DNA of 64,000 nt, taken from positions 11,828-75,827 of IMG/VR virus record IMGVR_UViG_3300030430_004473. The stretch is one strand, 5' to 3'. Source of the DNA: a virus. The position numbers and the translations under genes are program-made. Shown one piece after another: positions 39,547-48,920 of this stretch. The notes beneath the pieces are model-generated. The model made no database searches. It had not been told where the DNA came from and was given only the letters and a program-made list of their open reading frames with translations. How positions within the stretch are numbered: position 1 is the stretch's first letter; every line of letters starts with the position of its first letter.

Positions 39547-40239
39547 ATGAGTAATGTAGCAAGTGATCAAGTAAGATATGACTGGATAGATTCGTTGACA
39601 GAACGGCCTAACCTATCACCGGAACAGAGCGAAAAATTGAGGATCTGGATATGTGGTGAAATGAGTAAATATATCGGATCTAGAAAAACGTATCTATTAA
39701 AGAAGATAGTCAAAATGTATCCATCTTTAGTTTCAGCTGTCATGCTTGATTTGGCGGTGATAGTACAACGTGAAGAGCTGAAGGTACTTCGTAGAGAGCC
39801 TGGAGGAACACGTTGCGATTGTTGTGATCAATACGTTAAGGAATACAAAAGAAAGGTATCGAAAAACATGTGTGTATTTCTTCAATCACTTGTATTTCTA
39901 TCAATGAAGTCAAAAAGTCAGGGAAAAGGTGAATATGTTCACTTCAAAGAATGTGACTATCATAGTCATGACTATCCCTATGTTGTTCATTGGGGACTAG
40001 CTGAGCGTTCTGAAGAAGAACAAGGCATGTATAGACCTACTGATCTAGGAATAAAGTTTGCGTTTGGTAAATGCGAAATTCCGAAGTTTATCTATACATA
40101 CAACAATCATAAAACAGGAATAGATAAAACCGAAATGGTAAAGATAACAGATGTTCATAGTGAACGATTTGATCTTGAAGAAATGCTATCAAGTGTAGTA
40201 GAAGAATCGAATGTTATAGAATTGCGAGCTTCTGAATGA
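39547..40239 (+). CDS. hypothetical protein with CxxC and possible winged-helix C-terminus
   Basis: CDCCDQ...Y...HWGL...G.YRPT..G. Confidence 0.65.
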   Translation: MSNVASDQVRYDWIDSLTERPNLSPEQSEKLRIWICGEMSKYIGSRKTYLLKKIVKMYPSLVSAVMLDLAVIVQREELKVLRREPGGTRCDCCDQYVKEYKRKVSKNMCVFLQSLVFLSMKSKSQGKGEYVHFKECDYHSHDYPYVVHWGLAERSEEEQGMYRPTDLGIKFAFGKCEIPKFIYTYNNHKTGIDKTEMVKITDVHSERFDLEEMLSSVVEESNVIELRASE

Positions 40240-41345
40240 TGAAACTTGGCAGTTTGTTTTCTGGAATAGGTGGTTTTGAAATGGGCTTGAGTAAAGCTCT
40301 AACTTTCAAAACCGCTTTTCTATGTGATAACGATAAAGCTAACATATCATTACTGTCAAAGAGGTTTGACGATATACCAGTATATGATGATGTAAAGAAT
40401 ATCAATAAACAAACTGTAGATATGGATATAGATATTTTGTGTGGTGGTTTTCCTTGTCAAAATATTTCTATAGCAAATACTAAAACTAGAGACGGTCTAG
40501 CTGGGGCCAAATCTGGACTTTGGTTTGAAATGGTAAGAATCATAGAAGAATATAGGCCGGCTATCGTAGTTGTGGAAAATGTTCCAAATATCAGAAGTGT
40601 ATGCTTAAATGAAGTATTGATTACGTTGCATAACATCAATTATTCTGTTGAATGGGTAACGATATCAGCTGAACAGCTTGGGGCTCCTCATTTGCGTAGA
40701 CGTTGGTTTGCCGTTGCATATCCGAATCATGACAAAGAATTAGATTATTATTTTGAAAGAAATATAGAAATGAAAGAATACTGGAATGAAGAAGCTAGTG
40801 TATCTGAAATGATACCAACAAATGATATTGATATTAAATATCGAAACAAGCAAAGAACGAGAGTTGAACAGCTTGGAAATGCTATCGTGCCGGCATGTAG
40901 TGAGCTGATAGGACATTGTATAAAAGACAGTTTTCTGATATCTGGAAATAGATCCGTATTCCCGAGTAAAGCAAAAATAAACGCTCGAATCAGAAATAAT
41001 AGAATAATTAGCGATCAGCTGAATCTATGGAATACAGACAATGAATATTCAGAAGTACTACCACAAAACGGAAAAATGTTGAATGGTGTTCTATATGAGT
41101 CAAATGCAATATCATATACATTAGAACGCAAATACACAAAATCGTACTTCACCCCTTGCAAAGCTGACGGAAAAAGATTGAGTCATTGCGATTCTACTAT
41201 GACTTTTGACACGTTGTTAATGGATATGCTCAGAAAGTTAGGAACTACTGACGAGGATCGAATCAAATACAAGTACATGGTGAATCCAAACTTTGTAGAG
41301 TATATGATGAACTTCCCACACGACTGGACTAAAAATGAAGCCTGA
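40236..41345 (+). CDS. C5-cytosine DNA methyltransferase with atypical motif order
   Basis: LFSGIGG (I), GGFPCQ (IV), ENV (VI), RRRWF (VIII), LGNAIVP (X); IX-like NPNFVEYMMNFPHDWT at the very end. Confidence 0.9.
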   Translation: MMKLGSLFSGIGGFEMGLSKALTFKTAFLCDNDKANISLLSKRFDDIPVYDDVKNINKQTVDMDIDILCGGFPCQNISIANTKTRDGLAGAKSGLWFEMVRIIEEYRPAIVVVENVPNIRSVCLNEVLITLHNINYSVEWVTISAEQLGAPHLRRRWFAVAYPNHDKELDYYFERNIEMKEYWNEEASVSEMIPTNDIDIKYRNKQRTRVEQLGNAIVPACSELIGHCIKDSFLISGNRSVFPSKAKINARIRNNRIISDQLNLWNTDNEYSEVLPQNGKMLNGVLYESNAISYTLERKYTKSYFTPCKADGKRLSHCDSTMTFDTLLMDMLRKLGTTDEDRIKYKYMVNPNFVEYMMNFPHDWTKNEA

Positions 41346-42045
41346 TTTTAAGAAGCTCATATCAAAAGCGTATTATGATAAAGAAGTATTCAAGCGATTG
41401 AAACAAAATCATAATTTGCAATACAATAAAGTCATAGATAACATTATTACAAAACATTTTGGAGATATGAAAATGAAACCTAGAATATTGAGCAGAGTAG
41501 AGCAGAACGGCTACATGACTTTTGAAAGAGGTCAGTACAATCTAAATATAATCGGTGTCAGATCGATAACGAGAGAAGCTAACAAGTTTGACGATTGGCT
41601 ATATGTCGTTTACAAGGATGAATCTGATGAATGGGTACAGTTGAAATTTCAGATAACAACAGATCCAGGCCTCTATCACTTGCAGAATCCTAGTAGAGTT
41701 GAGGGTACAGCTATTCTGGTTGCCGGTCAATATAGAAGTAGTCATAAGTTAGGGCTTCACAGAGGAAAATACGAAGCTCTTACACAAGTTGGTAAAGTTA
41801 GAGTATATCGTGACAATACCAAAGACCGAGAGTTAGATCTAGAAGCTGAAACGTATCAAAATGGTTATTTTGGAATTAACATTCACCGATCCAATGCTAC
41901 TAGAGAATCAACACAAGTAGATAAATGGTCAGCCGGATGTCAAGTTTTCGCTAACCCAAATGAATATGACATGTTTATATCGTTGTGTAAGAGATCAGCT
42001 GAAAAATGGGGTGATACGTTTACATATACACTATTAGAGGATTGA
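41335..42045 (+). CDS. putative cell-wall enzyme / endolysin with L,D-transpeptidase-like His-Cys motif
   Basis: LNIIGVR, FDD, TTDPG, GQY, GINIH...WSAGCQV. The real start may be 41467 or 41473 (GGAG RBS). Confidence 0.6.
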   Translation: MKPDFKKLISKAYYDKEVFKRLKQNHNLQYNKVIDNIITKHFGDMKMKPRILSRVEQNGYMTFERGQYNLNIIGVRSITREANKFDDWLYVVYKDESDEWVQLKFQITTDPGLYHLQNPSRVEGTAILVAGQYRSSHKLGLHRGKYEALTQVGKVRVYRDNTKDRELDLEAETYQNGYFGINIHRSNATRESTQVDKWSAGCQVFANPNEYDMFISLCKRSAEKWGDTFTYTLLED

Positions 42046-42046
42046 T

Positions 42047-42997
42047 ATGGGTTTGACAAAATTATCAAAAGAGAAATTAAGTAACAATCTTGATTTAGTT
42101 GTATCAGTAAGCGGAGGAAAAGACAGTACAGCTACATGTCTGTATTTGTTAGAAAACGGATATACAACGAATGATTTTGAAAGAGTATTTTTTGATACAG
42201 GCTGGGAATCCAAAGAAACGTATGACTATTTAGATTACTTAGAAACTAAGATCGGAAAGATCACACGATTAAAGAAACATGTCGATATTTCTCAATTTCC
42301 GAAAGAAACGCAACAAATGATTTTAGAAATTGAAAGTGATCTAGGTTTTGAAAGCCCGTTTGTAAGACTATGTTTCTATCATAAGTGTATGCCTAGTAGA
42401 TTTCGCAAGTGGTGTACTAGAAGCTTGAAACTAGAAGTAGTTAAAGATTATTTCGACAATCATGATAATGATGTAATATCTATCATAGGCGTTCGAAGAG
42501 CTGAAAGTAGAGCTAGAGCAAATGTAGAAGAATGGGATTATCATGATCATTTAGATTGTGATGTATGGAGGCCGTTATATCTATGGTCGGAAAAAGACGT
42601 AATTGATATACACAATAAGCATAATATTCTACCGAATAATTTGTATCTACAAGGAAGCTCGAGAGTGGGTTGCTATCCTTGTATTTATGCAAAGAAAAAA
42701 GAAATTTCTATTTTAAGTACAGAACGAATAAAAATAATTGAAAAATTAGAAAAGTATACTGGTATTCATACGAAAAAAACAACAAACACACAATCACAAA
42801 TTGAAAGATTAGAAGAAGTAAAAGAAAAATACGGATATTATTTCAATCAATTTTTTTCAAGAAAAGAACATGATCCTTTTTCTGAAGTTGTTCTTTGGAG
42901 CAAAACAACGCACGGTGGAAAACAATTTAAATTGTTTGATACAGACGAACCATCTTGTAGTAAATGGGGTTTGTGTTCAGTTTGGGAAAATAAATAA
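42047..42997 (+). CDS. PAPS-reductase-family (PP-loop, DndC-like) protein
   Basis: SVSGGKDS, FFDTGWE, RKWCTRSLK, GVRRAESRAR, RVGCYPC. Confidence 0.85.
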   Translation: MGLTKLSKEKLSNNLDLVVSVSGGKDSTATCLYLLENGYTTNDFERVFFDTGWESKETYDYLDYLETKIGKITRLKKHVDISQFPKETQQMILEIESDLGFESPFVRLCFYHKCMPSRFRKWCTRSLKLEVVKDYFDNHDNDVISIIGVRRAESRARANVEEWDYHDHLDCDVWRPLYLWSEKDVIDIHNKHNILPNNLYLQGSSRVGCYPCIYAKKKEISILSTERIKIIEKLEKYTGIHTKKTTNTQSQIERLEEVKEKYGYYFNQFFSRKEHDPFSEVVLWSKTTHGGKQFKLFDTDEPSCSKWGLCSVWENK

Positions 42998-43012
42998 CAA
43001 AAGGAGAGGATA

Positions 43013-43693
43013 ATGTCTACAGACGAATCAAGTCAGAAAAGCAGACATCTACAATTAAATCTTTGCAAGATATTGAACTTAGAAGAAGAAGAAGATTATA
43101 AAAAGATAAAGACAGATAATCTTACTCAGATAGGTTCGTCAGCTCATGCAGATAACGAAAGAGAAAAAAATGACTTCTATGCTACGCCACAATCAGCTGT
43201 AGTTAATTTCTTAAATTGTTATCTATACAGAGATAAAGAAGTGTTAGATAAAAATCTATGGGAATGTTCCTGTGGGGATGGTGCTATATCGAAGATTTTG
43301 GAAAACAACGGATATAATGTTTTTTCATCAGATTTGATAGATAGAGGATATGGAGAACAAAGCGATTTTATGACTTATCAAGAAAATGTTGGAGGTGGCG
43401 ACATAATTACAAACCCACCTTTCAAATTGATTCTTCCTTTCTTAGAACACGCAATCAAATTATTAGAAAATGGAAATAAGTTAATATTCTTAATGCGTCT
43501 ACTTTGTTTAGAAGGAAAGCAAAGAAACGAATTTTTTAAGAAACATCCAATTAAATATGTCTATATTCATACAACGAGAATAGCTTGTACTTTGCCTGAT
43601 GTTCAAACCAAACCAGTTACAGCGATAGCTTATGCTTGGTATGTATGGGAAAAAGGCTATGAGGGTGAAACTGTTATTCGTTGGTTGCCTTAG
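43013..43693 (+). CDS. DNA amino-methyltransferase (NPPF type)
   Basis: DFYATP, WECSCGDGAI, SDLIDRGYG, IITNPPF, YAWYVW. Confidence 0.85.
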   Translation: MSTDESSQKSRHLQLNLCKILNLEEEEDYKKIKTDNLTQIGSSAHADNEREKNDFYATPQSAVVNFLNCYLYRDKEVLDKNLWECSCGDGAISKILENNGYNVFSSDLIDRGYGEQSDFMTYQENVGGGDIITNPPFKLILPFLEHAIKLLENGNKLIFLMRLLCLEGKQRNEFFKKHPIKYVYIHTTRIACTLPDVQTKPVTAIAYAWYVWEKGYEGETVIRWLP

Positions 43694-43705
43694 AGGAATA
43701 GAACA

Positions 43706-44311
43706 ATGATACAATTACACAACAAAGATTGTCTGGAAGCTATGAAGTCAATGAAAACAGATCAATTTGATCTAGCTATTGTAGATCCGCCTTACGGAAT
43801 GCTCGAGGCCGGTATGCAAATGGGTGGAAAAAAAGGATCTTCTTTTCAACGTAAAGAAGTAAACAAATGGGATAAAAAGCCACCGAAAGAATATTTTGAT
43901 GAACTGTTTCGAGTATCAAAGAATCAGATTATCTGGGGTGGTAACTACTTCGGTCTACCACCTACGAGAGAATGTATTTGTTGGGATAAAAAGAATTGTA
44001 TGCCGTCTTTTTCACGTTGGGAAATGGCATGGACCAGCTTCAAAGGTGTGATGAAAATGTATGAACATATAAGTCAAAATCCAAATAGAATACATCCAAC
44101 ACAAAAGCCGGTAGCTCTATATATGTGGCTACTTAATACTTATGCAAAGCAGGGAGATAAGATCCTAGATACGCATATCGGATCTGGCAGTATTGCAATA
44201 GCTTGCCATGAGCTGAAGTATGATCTTGAAGGTTATGAAATAAATAAAAAATACTATCAGAAAACAATGTATAGACTCAAACAACATCAAAGACAATTGA
44301 AATTATTTTAA
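43706..44311 (+). CDS. DNA N6/N4 methyltransferase (beta class)
   Basis: DLAIVDPPY, HPTQKP, LDTHIGSGS. Confidence 0.92.
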   Translation: MIQLHNKDCLEAMKSMKTDQFDLAIVDPPYGMLEAGMQMGGKKGSSFQRKEVNKWDKKPPKEYFDELFRVSKNQIIWGGNYFGLPPTRECICWDKKNCMPSFSRWEMAWTSFKGVMKMYEHISQNPNRIHPTQKPVALYMWLLNTYAKQGDKILDTHIGSGSIAIACHELKYDLEGYEINKKYYQKTMYRLKQHQRQLKLF

Positions 44312-44325
44312 CGGAAATAACGAAC

Positions 44326-44934
44326 ATGATAAACATATACAATGAAGATTGTTTACAAGCTATGAAAAACATGAATGATAATAGTTTTGATCTAGCTATC
44401 GTTGATCCTCCGTTTGGAATTGGAAACTTTGTTCAAACTAGCGGGGCCAAACGTGGATCAAAAGTTGATTGGAATGATAACATTCCGACAGAAGAATATT
44501 TTTCAGAACTGAAAAGAGTATCAAAGAATAGAATCATATTTGGAGCAAATTATTTTAATTGCTTTGAAGAAAAATATGGAGCTATTATTTGGGTAAAAAA
44601 TCAACCCATGCCGGATTTTTCAAAGGCCGTGATTGCTTCATGCACTTTTCACAAAAAGATTGAAATATATGAACAAACATGGACTAACTTTGTAGCTAAA
44701 GGAAGAAGTACAAAACATCCTTGTGAAATGCCTGTTGGAATATACAAATGGATTTTGCGTAACTATGCAAAGCAAGGAGATAAAATATTAGATACTCACT
44801 TAGGCTCTGGTTCAATCGCAATAGCTTGTGATGATATGGGCTATTCGTTGGATGGGTACGAACTAGATACAGGATATTATGAAGAAGCTTGTAAACGATT
44901 GAAACAACATCAAAGACAATTAAAGCTCTTTTAA
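44326..44934 (+). CDS. DNA N6/N4 methyltransferase (beta class), tandem paralog
   Basis: DLAIVDPPF, HPCEMP, LDTHLGSGS. Confidence 0.92.
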   Translation: MINIYNEDCLQAMKNMNDNSFDLAIVDPPFGIGNFVQTSGAKRGSKVDWNDNIPTEEYFSELKRVSKNRIIFGANYFNCFEEKYGAIIWVKNQPMPDFSKAVIASCTFHKKIEIYEQTWTNFVAKGRSTKHPCEMPVGIYKWILRNYAKQGDKILDTHLGSGSIAIACDDMGYSLDGYELDTGYYEEACKRLKQHQRQLKLF

Positions 44935-44970
44935 TTTGCATACTAAATCATTTTGTGTAATACTTAAATT

Positions 44971-45079
44971 GTTCGTTGACAAAAACAGCCAAGCAATTTT
45001 TCTTCTCCGTTGTTAAAGTTTTAAGGAAATTTGCTTTTGAAAGGGTGACTCATTTCGTTGGTTGCCCTTTCTTCTTTTT
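44971..45079 (+). ncRNA. predicted ~110-nt small RNA with anti-leader loop
   Basis: Promoter TTGCAT-17-(TGt)AATACT at 44936-44964. Stem 44991-45004/45023-45036 with loop CTCCGTTGTTAAAGTTTT. Terminator 45039-45079. No ATG in the transcript. Confidence 0.55.
45039..45079 (+). terminator. intrinsic terminator
   Basis: GAAAGGGTGAC/GTTGCCCTTTC 11-bp stem plus TTCTTTTT. Confidence 0.8.
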
Positions 45080-45145
45080 GTCAGAAAGTGACCGACAAAG
45101 ATAACACTCTTCATGTTATGAATAATTAACAAGGAGAATAGAACA

Positions 45146-46447
45146 ATGAACATAACAGAATATCGAACTGTAATGAATAGATATGAAGATAGCGAACGAA
45201 TCAAACAGATAGGCCCAGCTTGGACTTTTACAAATAGCGAATTCGTTGAGCTAGGTTGTAAAAGAAAATGGTCGTATGGTTATTTGATGAATATAGAAAC
45301 AACAGAAAAAGGAGACGCTCTTTTATATGGGATCGTTTGGCATGTAGTAATGGAACATGCATTATTAAGAATGAAGAATACAGATACATGTATAACCAAA
45401 GAAGAAGCTCTGGAACTGATTGAAATCGTAGGAAGAAAGTCTTTTGAAGAAGAACGTGAAGCAATACAAGTAATCGAAGAAGCTAAAGAAGAATGGATAG
45501 AAAACTGTTTGGATAGAATGAAAAGAGCTATCGTGGGTTGGTGCGATCATTGGGCTATACTTCATAAAGAATACGAAATCATAGCAATAGAGCAAACTCT
45601 AGCCAGGCCTATACTTCATCCTCAGACCGGTGAAATCTATAGTCCAAAGACATATATAATAGAAGAAGATGATTGTTTATATCCAGCTGGTATCAACAAA
45701 GAACGATCCAATTTGATTGATGTATGTATACCATACTGGAAAGTAGGAAAAGCTGACGCTATACTTCTCAAACGTGGAACAAAATCGCTTTATATACTAG
45801 ATCATAAGACAACATCACAACCTACTTCATACGAACGAAAGTTTTTATTTGATATGCAGTTATCTGGCTACTGTTCTCTACTTGATTACGAAATCAAACA
45901 TGGAGATATGACGTATTTATCAAAATATGAAGTCAAAGGTGTCATTTGGGATCTATGTCATAGCAAAGTGCCAAAACCACCGGAACCGTTAAAGTCCGGC
46001 AAACTATCAACAGCTAAGGCCAAACTTGTTCCGAGTTGGATCTATGAAGAATCTATTATCAAATATGAATTAGATCGAAGTGATTATGAAGAACATTTGG
46101 AAATGCTAAAGACCAAAGCAGATCCGAACTACTTCTGTTTTTTGATTACATCAATTAATGAAAATGACATGACACGATCTGTATTAGAAGATTATAGTAC
46201 AGCTTGCTCTATGCATGAACTGAAAACAAAACTTATCAATGCTGATAATATGACATTCCAATATACAGCTTCTAGGTATCCTATATGTCAACAATATCTC
46301 AGCTGTAAATATAGCTATTTATGTCAACCGAATGTAGCAATCGAAGATATAAATGAAACAATAAAGCACAAAATATATTGGAAAAAGATTGAAAATAATA
46401 CAGATTATGATATAATTAACTCAGACCAATTAGGTCTACCTTTCTAA
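45146..46447 (+). CDS. PD-(D/E)XK (Cas4/RecB-like) exonuclease
   Basis: CKRKWSY, GIVWH, GKADAI, ILDHKT, QLSGY, C-terminal C..C.Y..LC. Confidence 0.85.
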   Translation: MNITEYRTVMNRYEDSERIKQIGPAWTFTNSEFVELGCKRKWSYGYLMNIETTEKGDALLYGIVWHVVMEHALLRMKNTDTCITKEEALELIEIVGRKSFEEEREAIQVIEEAKEEWIENCLDRMKRAIVGWCDHWAILHKEYEIIAIEQTLARPILHPQTGEIYSPKTYIIEEDDCLYPAGINKERSNLIDVCIPYWKVGKADAILLKRGTKSLYILDHKTTSQPTSYERKFLFDMQLSGYCSLLDYEIKHGDMTYLSKYEVKGVIWDLCHSKVPKPPEPLKSGKLSTAKAKLVPSWIYEESIIKYELDRSDYEEHLEMLKTKADPNYFCFLITSINENDMTRSVLEDYSTACSMHELKTKLINADNMTFQYTASRYPICQQYLSCKYSYLCQPNVAIEDINETIKHKIYWKKIENNTDYDIINSDQLGLPF

Positions 46448-46463
46448 TTCAACGGAGAAAAAT

Positions 46464-47180
46464 ATGTCTTTTAAGATAGAAAAAGCTTCCAAAGCTTCAA
46501 GTAATGCACCGATCAAGGCTTTGATATACGGTGATTCTGGTGCAGGAAAAACAACCCTAGCAGTTACAGGGCCTGGACCGGTTCTAGTACTATTAACCGA
46601 ACGTCAAGCGATTACATCAATCAACGCCTCCAATCCTGAGGCTGATATTATTTATGTCAATACAGCTCAAGATGTAAGAAACGTGATAGGAGCTTTGCGA
46701 AATGGTGATAAATCACTAGCAAAATATAAAACATTAGTAGTCGATTCTTTGACAGAAACACAACGATTAATTCAAGACGATATACTGAAAAAGGCTAGAA
46801 GAGATAGTATGCAATTGCAAGATTACGGAAAACTCGCAGACGCAACGAAAGGACTCATCAGAACACTGAGAGATCTACCTATCAACGTCATTTGTACCGC
46901 TCTTATGGAACACGATAACGAAGAAGCTACTGGAAAACGTCATTATAGTCCTATCTTTATCGGTAAGAAAACCGGTCGTGAAATCGCTCAATGGTTCACG
47001 ATAATAGGTTACTTGTATCGTAGGGATGTAAAAGAAGAAAACGAACGTGTTTCTCAAAGATACGTTATGTTTGATGGCCCTTCTACAGTACTTTGCAAAA
47101 TCGCAAATCCGTTAGAAGGTATCATTAAAGATCCAAAAATGGATAATATCATTCAATCAATTCAACAATACAAAGGATAA
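46464..47180 (+). CDS. AAA_24 / Sak4-like ATPase (recombinase)
   Basis: LIYGDSGAGKTT Walker A, LVVDSLT Walker B, QDYG. Confidence 0.85.
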   Translation: MSFKIEKASKASSNAPIKALIYGDSGAGKTTLAVTGPGPVLVLLTERQAITSINASNPEADIIYVNTAQDVRNVIGALRNGDKSLAKYKTLVVDSLTETQRLIQDDILKKARRDSMQLQDYGKLADATKGLIRTLRDLPINVICTALMEHDNEEATGKRHYSPIFIGKKTGREIAQWFTIIGYLYRRDVKEENERVSQRYVMFDGPSTVLCKIANPLEGIIKDPKMDNIIQSIQQYKG

Positions 47181-47189
47181 GGAGAAATC

Positions 47190-47816
47190 ATGCCAAAAAT
47201 AAATCCTTCTGATCATCAATCATCCAATAATGATCGGAGATCAACAGAACCAATGAAAGCAGGAAAGAAGATACTAGCACCAGCTTCGGCCTCTTTTCGA
47301 TACACAATGAATCAAGAACGATATTGCGAAATATTTTATGTTTGTTTGCACGATCTTGATAATAAAGAAAACGGTGATGTAGGTAAAACGATAAGTCAAC
47401 GATATCTATTAAGAGAATCGCATAACTGGAGATGGGCCGAACTAGCTGCCGTTTTAATGTATAGTGATGTATTCGATAATGAAGATCCCAAAGATGTTCA
47501 AGCTCTTCTCTTAAAGAATGGCAATCGTATCAAAGTAGATCTAGTAGATGATGAATATAACGGAAAGAAAAGACTACAAATGAGAAACTTATCAAAAGTA
47601 CTGAAAGACGGAAAAGTACCGGAATACACTGATAGCGAAGTCAAACATGTATCAGAAGCTGAAAGCAACTATGCAAAAGTCAATGAATACAGAATTGAAC
47701 AAGGCTGGACTACTGAAATACTTCCAAAATATCAAAAGAGTACATCAAATGAACCAGATGAAAATGATGATTGGGATATTCCTGATGATGATGATAATAA
47801 CGATATCCCCTTTTAA
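47190..47816 (+). CDS. single-stranded DNA-binding protein (DUF669-like)
   Basis: Follows the Sak4-like gene; EYNGK; acidic tail DDDDNNDIPF. Confidence 0.75.
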   Translation: MPKINPSDHQSSNNDRRSTEPMKAGKKILAPASASFRYTMNQERYCEIFYVCLHDLDNKENGDVGKTISQRYLLRESHNWRWAELAAVLMYSDVFDNEDPKDVQALLLKNGNRIKVDLVDDEYNGKKRLQMRNLSKVLKDGKVPEYTDSEVKHVSEAESNYAKVNEYRIEQGWTTEILPKYQKSTSNEPDENDDWDIPDDDDNNDIPF

Positions 47817-47829
47817 GGAATAAAGAAGA

Positions 47830-48402
47830 ATGATTGTTGTAGGTATAGATCCAGCTAGTAATGGAGCTGCTACGATATTGAAAGATAAAGTAGCACAAGT
47901 CGTATTTGAATGGAAATGTAGAAATAGGAAAGCAGGCCGTGTCTATGTTCTATCTATATCTACATACGGTTCTGATGAAAAAACGGTCATAGATTGTAAA
48001 TGTGGAGCTGATATAGGAGCACAAATAGGTGCGTATGTACTATTACTGAAAGAAGAAGATGAACTTTTTTATCTATGCAGTGAAGACGCCTATGTCGGTT
48101 CTAACAATCGAACAGCTATTATCGTATCTCGGTTTGCTGGGATGATAGCCGGATCTGTTCACAACTACACCAGATCATTGAATAGAGTTATGTGGGTACA
48201 ACCAAACAAATGGCGAAAAGAATTAATTTCGGTCCCATACTTCACAAAAAGAGAAGTAGTAAAAAAATACTCGCTTGAATACGTTCCAAAGAAAGTACCT
48301 ACTGTAGATCATCATTTGGCAGTACTCGGAATACACGATCATATCACTGATTCGGCTGGCGTAGCTATGTGGGCTTGGAATGAAATAAACAAAGAACAAT
48401 AA
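47830..48402 (+). CDS. RuvC-like Holliday junction resolvase
   Basis: VVGIDP, SED, P.KW.K, HDHITDS.GVA. Confidence 0.8.
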   Translation: MIVVGIDPASNGAATILKDKVAQVVFEWKCRNRKAGRVYVLSISTYGSDEKTVIDCKCGADIGAQIGAYVLLLKEEDELFYLCSEDAYVGSNNRTAIIVSRFAGMIAGSVHNYTRSLNRVMWVQPNKWRKELISVPYFTKREVVKKYSLEYVPKKVPTVDHHLAVLGIHDHITDSAGVAMWAWNEINKEQ

Positions 48403-48431
48403 ATATCGCTGTTTTTTACAACGGAATAAAC

Positions 48432-48920
48432 ATGCAAGATCACGAATTTGTATTCAATGAATACAACAAGTATCGAAAACATATAAAGAAAAACAAGTCT
48501 GTCATATCAAACGCAAAGATTAAGAAAATCAAAGCAATATTAAAACAGACAACAAAAGACGATCTCATACTTCTATTTGAATATCTATCAAATAGCGAAG
48601 ATGATTATGTAAAGTTTATCAATGGTGATAATGAAGCTCAACGATTCTACGGAACACTTGATAATCTTTTCAGAAAATCAAAGATCAAAGAAAAAATCAG
48701 TAGAGCTAAGAAATGGAAATCTCTACAAAACAAAAATATTCCTACTCAAGATCTATTCATGCCTTTTATGTTGCTAGAAAAATCAGAAGTAGATAAATAT
48801 TATCAAAACGAATTCAACGAATACGAAGAATCAAGTGAAGAAGAAGAGCCCAACATAACACTCTCAAATCTTCAAATGTCTATCTTTGCTCAACAATCAA
48901 AGGACAACGAACAAAAATGA
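48432..48920 (+). CDS. putative replication-initiation/loader protein
   Basis: Directly upstream of the primase-helicase; F..G.N....Y.TLDNLFR resembles phage replisome-organiser C-termini. Confidence 0.45.
   Translation: MQDHEFVFNEYNKYRKHIKKNKSVISNAKIKKIKAILKQTTKDDLILLFEYLSNSEDDYVKFINGDNEAQRFYGTLDNLFRKSKIKEKISRAKKWKSLQNKNIPTQDLFMPFMLLEKSEVDKYYQNEFNEYEESSEEEEPNITLSNLQMSIFAQQSKDNEQK

Noticed and set aside
44963-44995. Minus-strand 10-codon ORF (TTG start) behind the AACAACGGAG at 45005-45014
   Set aside because: It is tiny, convergent on the MTase operon and has no evident minus-strand promoter. The + strand promoter, stem-loop and terminator explain the site better. It is kept as the alternative hypothesis.
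45146-46447. Cas4-like nuclease as part of a CRISPR system
   Set aside because: Its context (Sak4-like ATPase, SSB, RuvC) is a standard phage recombination module.
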